From: Curvularia clavata
Taxonomy: Eukaryota
Assembly (NCBI GenBank): GCA_023920165.1
Contig: CP089275.1
Location: forward strand, 3,968,001 to 4,032,000
Length of the DNA stretch: 64,000 bases
Direction: 5' to 3'
Numbering within the stretch: position 1 is the stretch's first letter; each line of letters starts with the position of its first letter. Made by a program: the position numbers and the translations under genes. Below are positions 60,966-64,000 of the stretch, one piece after another. The notes beneath the pieces are model-generated. The model worked only from the letters and a program-made list of their open reading frames with translations, made no database searches and was not told the origin of the DNA.

Positions 60966-63900
60966 TACTCTCCATCGGCCACATGAAATTCTGCACAGTT
61001 GCTTCGTTTTTTCTGAGATTGTTGGCAGTCAGGCGGGTTTTGTTATGCGGTCGTGGTTGAGCCTCGCGCCAGAGGCCTTAGGGAGGAGGGGTTCAGAGAC
61101 TGACGTTCGTGCCTGCATGGGCGCTGATGCGCTGTCCTATAAGAACGACATAAATGCCCACCAGTTATGCACCAAGGTGGGCTGTTCGCACCCCCACTGC
61201 GAGAACTCTTCGGCGTGTGATGGAATTTCAGGATTGTGTCGAATTGCGCCATTTCTCTCGCACGACACACTCAGGCCCCCACTCTCTGACACAGTACACC
61301 ACGCCGCTGAGTCTAGGTGCGACCATTCACTGTCTTTCTTCTCCTTGGATGCATAGGCTCTCCACAGCCAGGAATCGTGGGGGTAGGATCGCATATTGCG
61401 CATTACGCGGCTGCTGTACGCTTGTGGCCATACACACAGTTCCATGTGCAGTCTCTACGCACACCTCTTTGCGACCAAGTCTATCTCTCCCCAGCTGTGT
61501 TTCGCGCAACGGCAAGGCGGGCAAGCGCATTATTTGCTGATTGCCAAAGTTTCTTTTCAGACCTTTGAAGTGTGTCTCGGTAGCTGTCTTGAACGCAGAC
61601 AAGGTCGGGCCAGAAGATTACCGTTACAAGGTGGCGACTGCTTTCTTCTTGCAATTCTCGATACGTCTCGATGATGCAGGCGTACCTTGACGGCGTTAAC
61701 TTTTTCTCTGGGATGAAGTTGCCGCATAGCCGGGCTGGTAATGCTAACCTGTGCACATTATGTGCTCTCGAACTAGCACTGAACGTGCATTTCGAAATTA
61801 TACGTACAACATAGGGCGCGCTGGTCTAAGACACCAGAAAGTCAAACCTAACATGGGCGAAATGTGCTGCCGTGTGTTAGGAGATCCAAGCAAAAATTCA
61901 GTATCTTGGGTGCTAGGACCCTATGATTGCCTGGAGAGCAGAATCTACAACGATGGGTGCAAGAGGCGCCGGAAGAAGCGGTCTGAAGATAAGAAGAATC
62001 TCGGTTCTGTCGAAAGGTTTGGCCTGAACGGGATGAAACAAATAGTCGGTGATGTTTCAAAGGGCTGCAGTCTTGAACTAAAATGCACACGGTGCGAGGA
62101 GCGACTTTTTCGAAGGGTTGTCGAGGCGTTCAGCGTGAACGCCATCGGTCGAACTTGGACGATGCAAGTATGATCGGTTACGTAAACGCAAAAAAACATG
62201 GGTTTCTCTTGGTCATCTCTCTATCTCGATCAGTCAATGAACACGGTCCTCAAGATGAGTTACCTTACCACCATCATTCCCTGAAACCTGTCTAGGTGCT
62301 GTCTTTCTGTACCGAGTTATTTTGTAAAGCAACAGAGCGTAATATATAGGTGCGACTCGGAATTTGTATGGAAACCTAAAACCGTTCCCTCGATCAAGAA
62401 CAACACCGACTGCGTTTCTTCAGGGAGGGCCCCCCCTGTGGCTCCACTTCCGATAAAACGTGAATGTTACAGACCTCTTCAACAAAATGTTTTTCCTCTC
62501 TTGGCTCCGATTCTCGCTTACTAGCAAGAAAAACAGTTTCGAAGCAGAAACAAGTGTCAAAAATGCCTAACGTATCCTCTTGTAACGTCTGTGATGTAGC
62601 CCTAGTCATGACTCACAATGAAGAACCCCATTGCTCACAGCCTAATCAGCTTGCACCACAGCGTAAGACGCCCATCGAAAAATGTGTCCATAGTAGCAAG
62701 AGCACAGTTGAAAATTCTTTAGACCGTGCGGGGTCACGACGTGGTTTATGGGGGTGTGCATTCGTAAATCAGTTCGACTCAGTAATGGGCTTGGTTCAGG
62801 TTGCCAAGACCCAGCTTGACAGGCGGTAACGAGAGAAAGCTCAGGCGCGAAGGGTATTATATAGGCGAGGACCAAATGACGCCATCGTGGAACATTAATA
62901 AGAACTTTCGGTCGGTCGCAGTGCAGTTGTTTTAAGGTTACAAGGTTAAAGAGGGTCGAGAGTTGCATGCGTGCAGAAAGGCCCAATGGGAGGTATGCTT
63001 GTGGCGAAAGCGGTTTAGTATCGCCCGAATCTTCCCCCCGACAGACCGGATAGGCACGGCGTGCCAACTGCCAATCGGCCCTTCAACCATGTCCTGACCG
63101 CAGTAATGTCTTAGCATAGAAACCTTCACGTATGTAAAACATGTCAAGCATACAGTAACCTCTGTTTGATGGTAATTGATGTCAAGCTGATGTTGCTAAA
63201 ACGTCACTAACCAAATGTGCTGATTTTGGCAGGCGATAAGCGTATCGAGATGCTGGTTCAATACTCTTTCTTCTGATCTTCGCATGTCCATACAAGGCAT
63301 TATTCATAAACGGAACGCATTTCTGTTTTGTCGTACTGGAAAAGGAGTGCATATTTCGCTATATCTACATATTCTATGATATTTCTCTCCTTGGCGGCTA
63401 ATCGTATACCGTTATCAACTGTATGTTGGAATCCTGGATCTAAAGCGTTCATGTAAGCTTGCTCTGGTCTAGACCCAGCGGCAAACAGCGAAGCCCACCG
63501 AAAGTGTGAGGATACCATATACCGTCATGAAAAGACACATACGACTGGAAACGGCGCTGCTCGATGGGCGCAGTCAGACGATCGCTCTACTGCGATACTA
63601 GTTAGTAAGCACCGCTGTTATGTAGCTGCAAAATTCTTTCCAAAAGCGGCGGGTGTGGGCCAGCAACCGCATGATGGCCTCCAAGACTACTCAGACTCCT
63701 GGTAATGCCTCGATTGGCTTGCTGGAGGTTTGCTGGCTCAGGCGTATTGTGCCAATAGAAGGAGTTAGATATAATGCGCTTTGAGCTCTTCCAGGTACTC
63801 CATAATTCCCCGGCACATTATGAGGTGCGCGTTTGCTGTGTAGATGGTATATTTGTTGCGCGTTGAGAAATTCGACGAGTTTCTGGGAGAAGGATTTGGG

Positions 63901-64000
63901 TGGCGGCAGCGTACGTCAAGAGAAGTTGACATGGAATTTAGAGGCGGAGTTGACTGGGAAATCAGGGTCTGCTCCTGTTTGCAGGGCCCATCAAGTGTCA

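Noticed and set aside
61450..64000. Scattered short ORFs at the window end
   Set aside because: No motifs or consistent exon chain. A degenerate gene cannot be excluded.

Overview
Gene-dense, intron-rich chromosomal DNA from a filamentous ascomycete (GT(A/G)NGT donors, CTRAC branch points, YAG/AAG acceptors). Gene style suggests a Dothideomycete, probably Pleosporales, but that is inference. About 1-54 kb is mostly core genes: NAP1 3' end, FAP7, HAM1, tRNA-Thr(AGT), RPS1, URG1/URC1, ELF1, UPRT, WAPL, RHEB, seryl-tRNA synthetase, PHA2, eRF1, an AVT1-like transporter, TIM8, RPL25, BMT2, an expansin-like protein, AOS1, PBN1, SARAF and an ABHD11-like hydrolase. Past about 54 kb it looks more accessory: a small Cys-rich secreted protein, an intact DD34E transposon, an MDR oxidoreductase and a MetR/CYS-3-like bZIP. 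Strongest observations: (1) a [D1,2] spliceosomal twin intron (stwintron) needed to restore the SerRS reading frame, plus a GC-AG intron in the same gene; (2) a complete Tc1-type DD34E element with 30-bp TIRs flanked by a 5-bp TCAGG duplication rather than TA, inserted upstream of a candidate effector; (3) an eRF1 3'UTR with UGA-CGG, a long hairpin and a 3'UTR intron, matching a readthrough/NMD autoregulatory design; (4) an intact P450-fold gene lacking the heme-ligating Cys motif. All exon boundaries were inferred by eye and no database searches were run.
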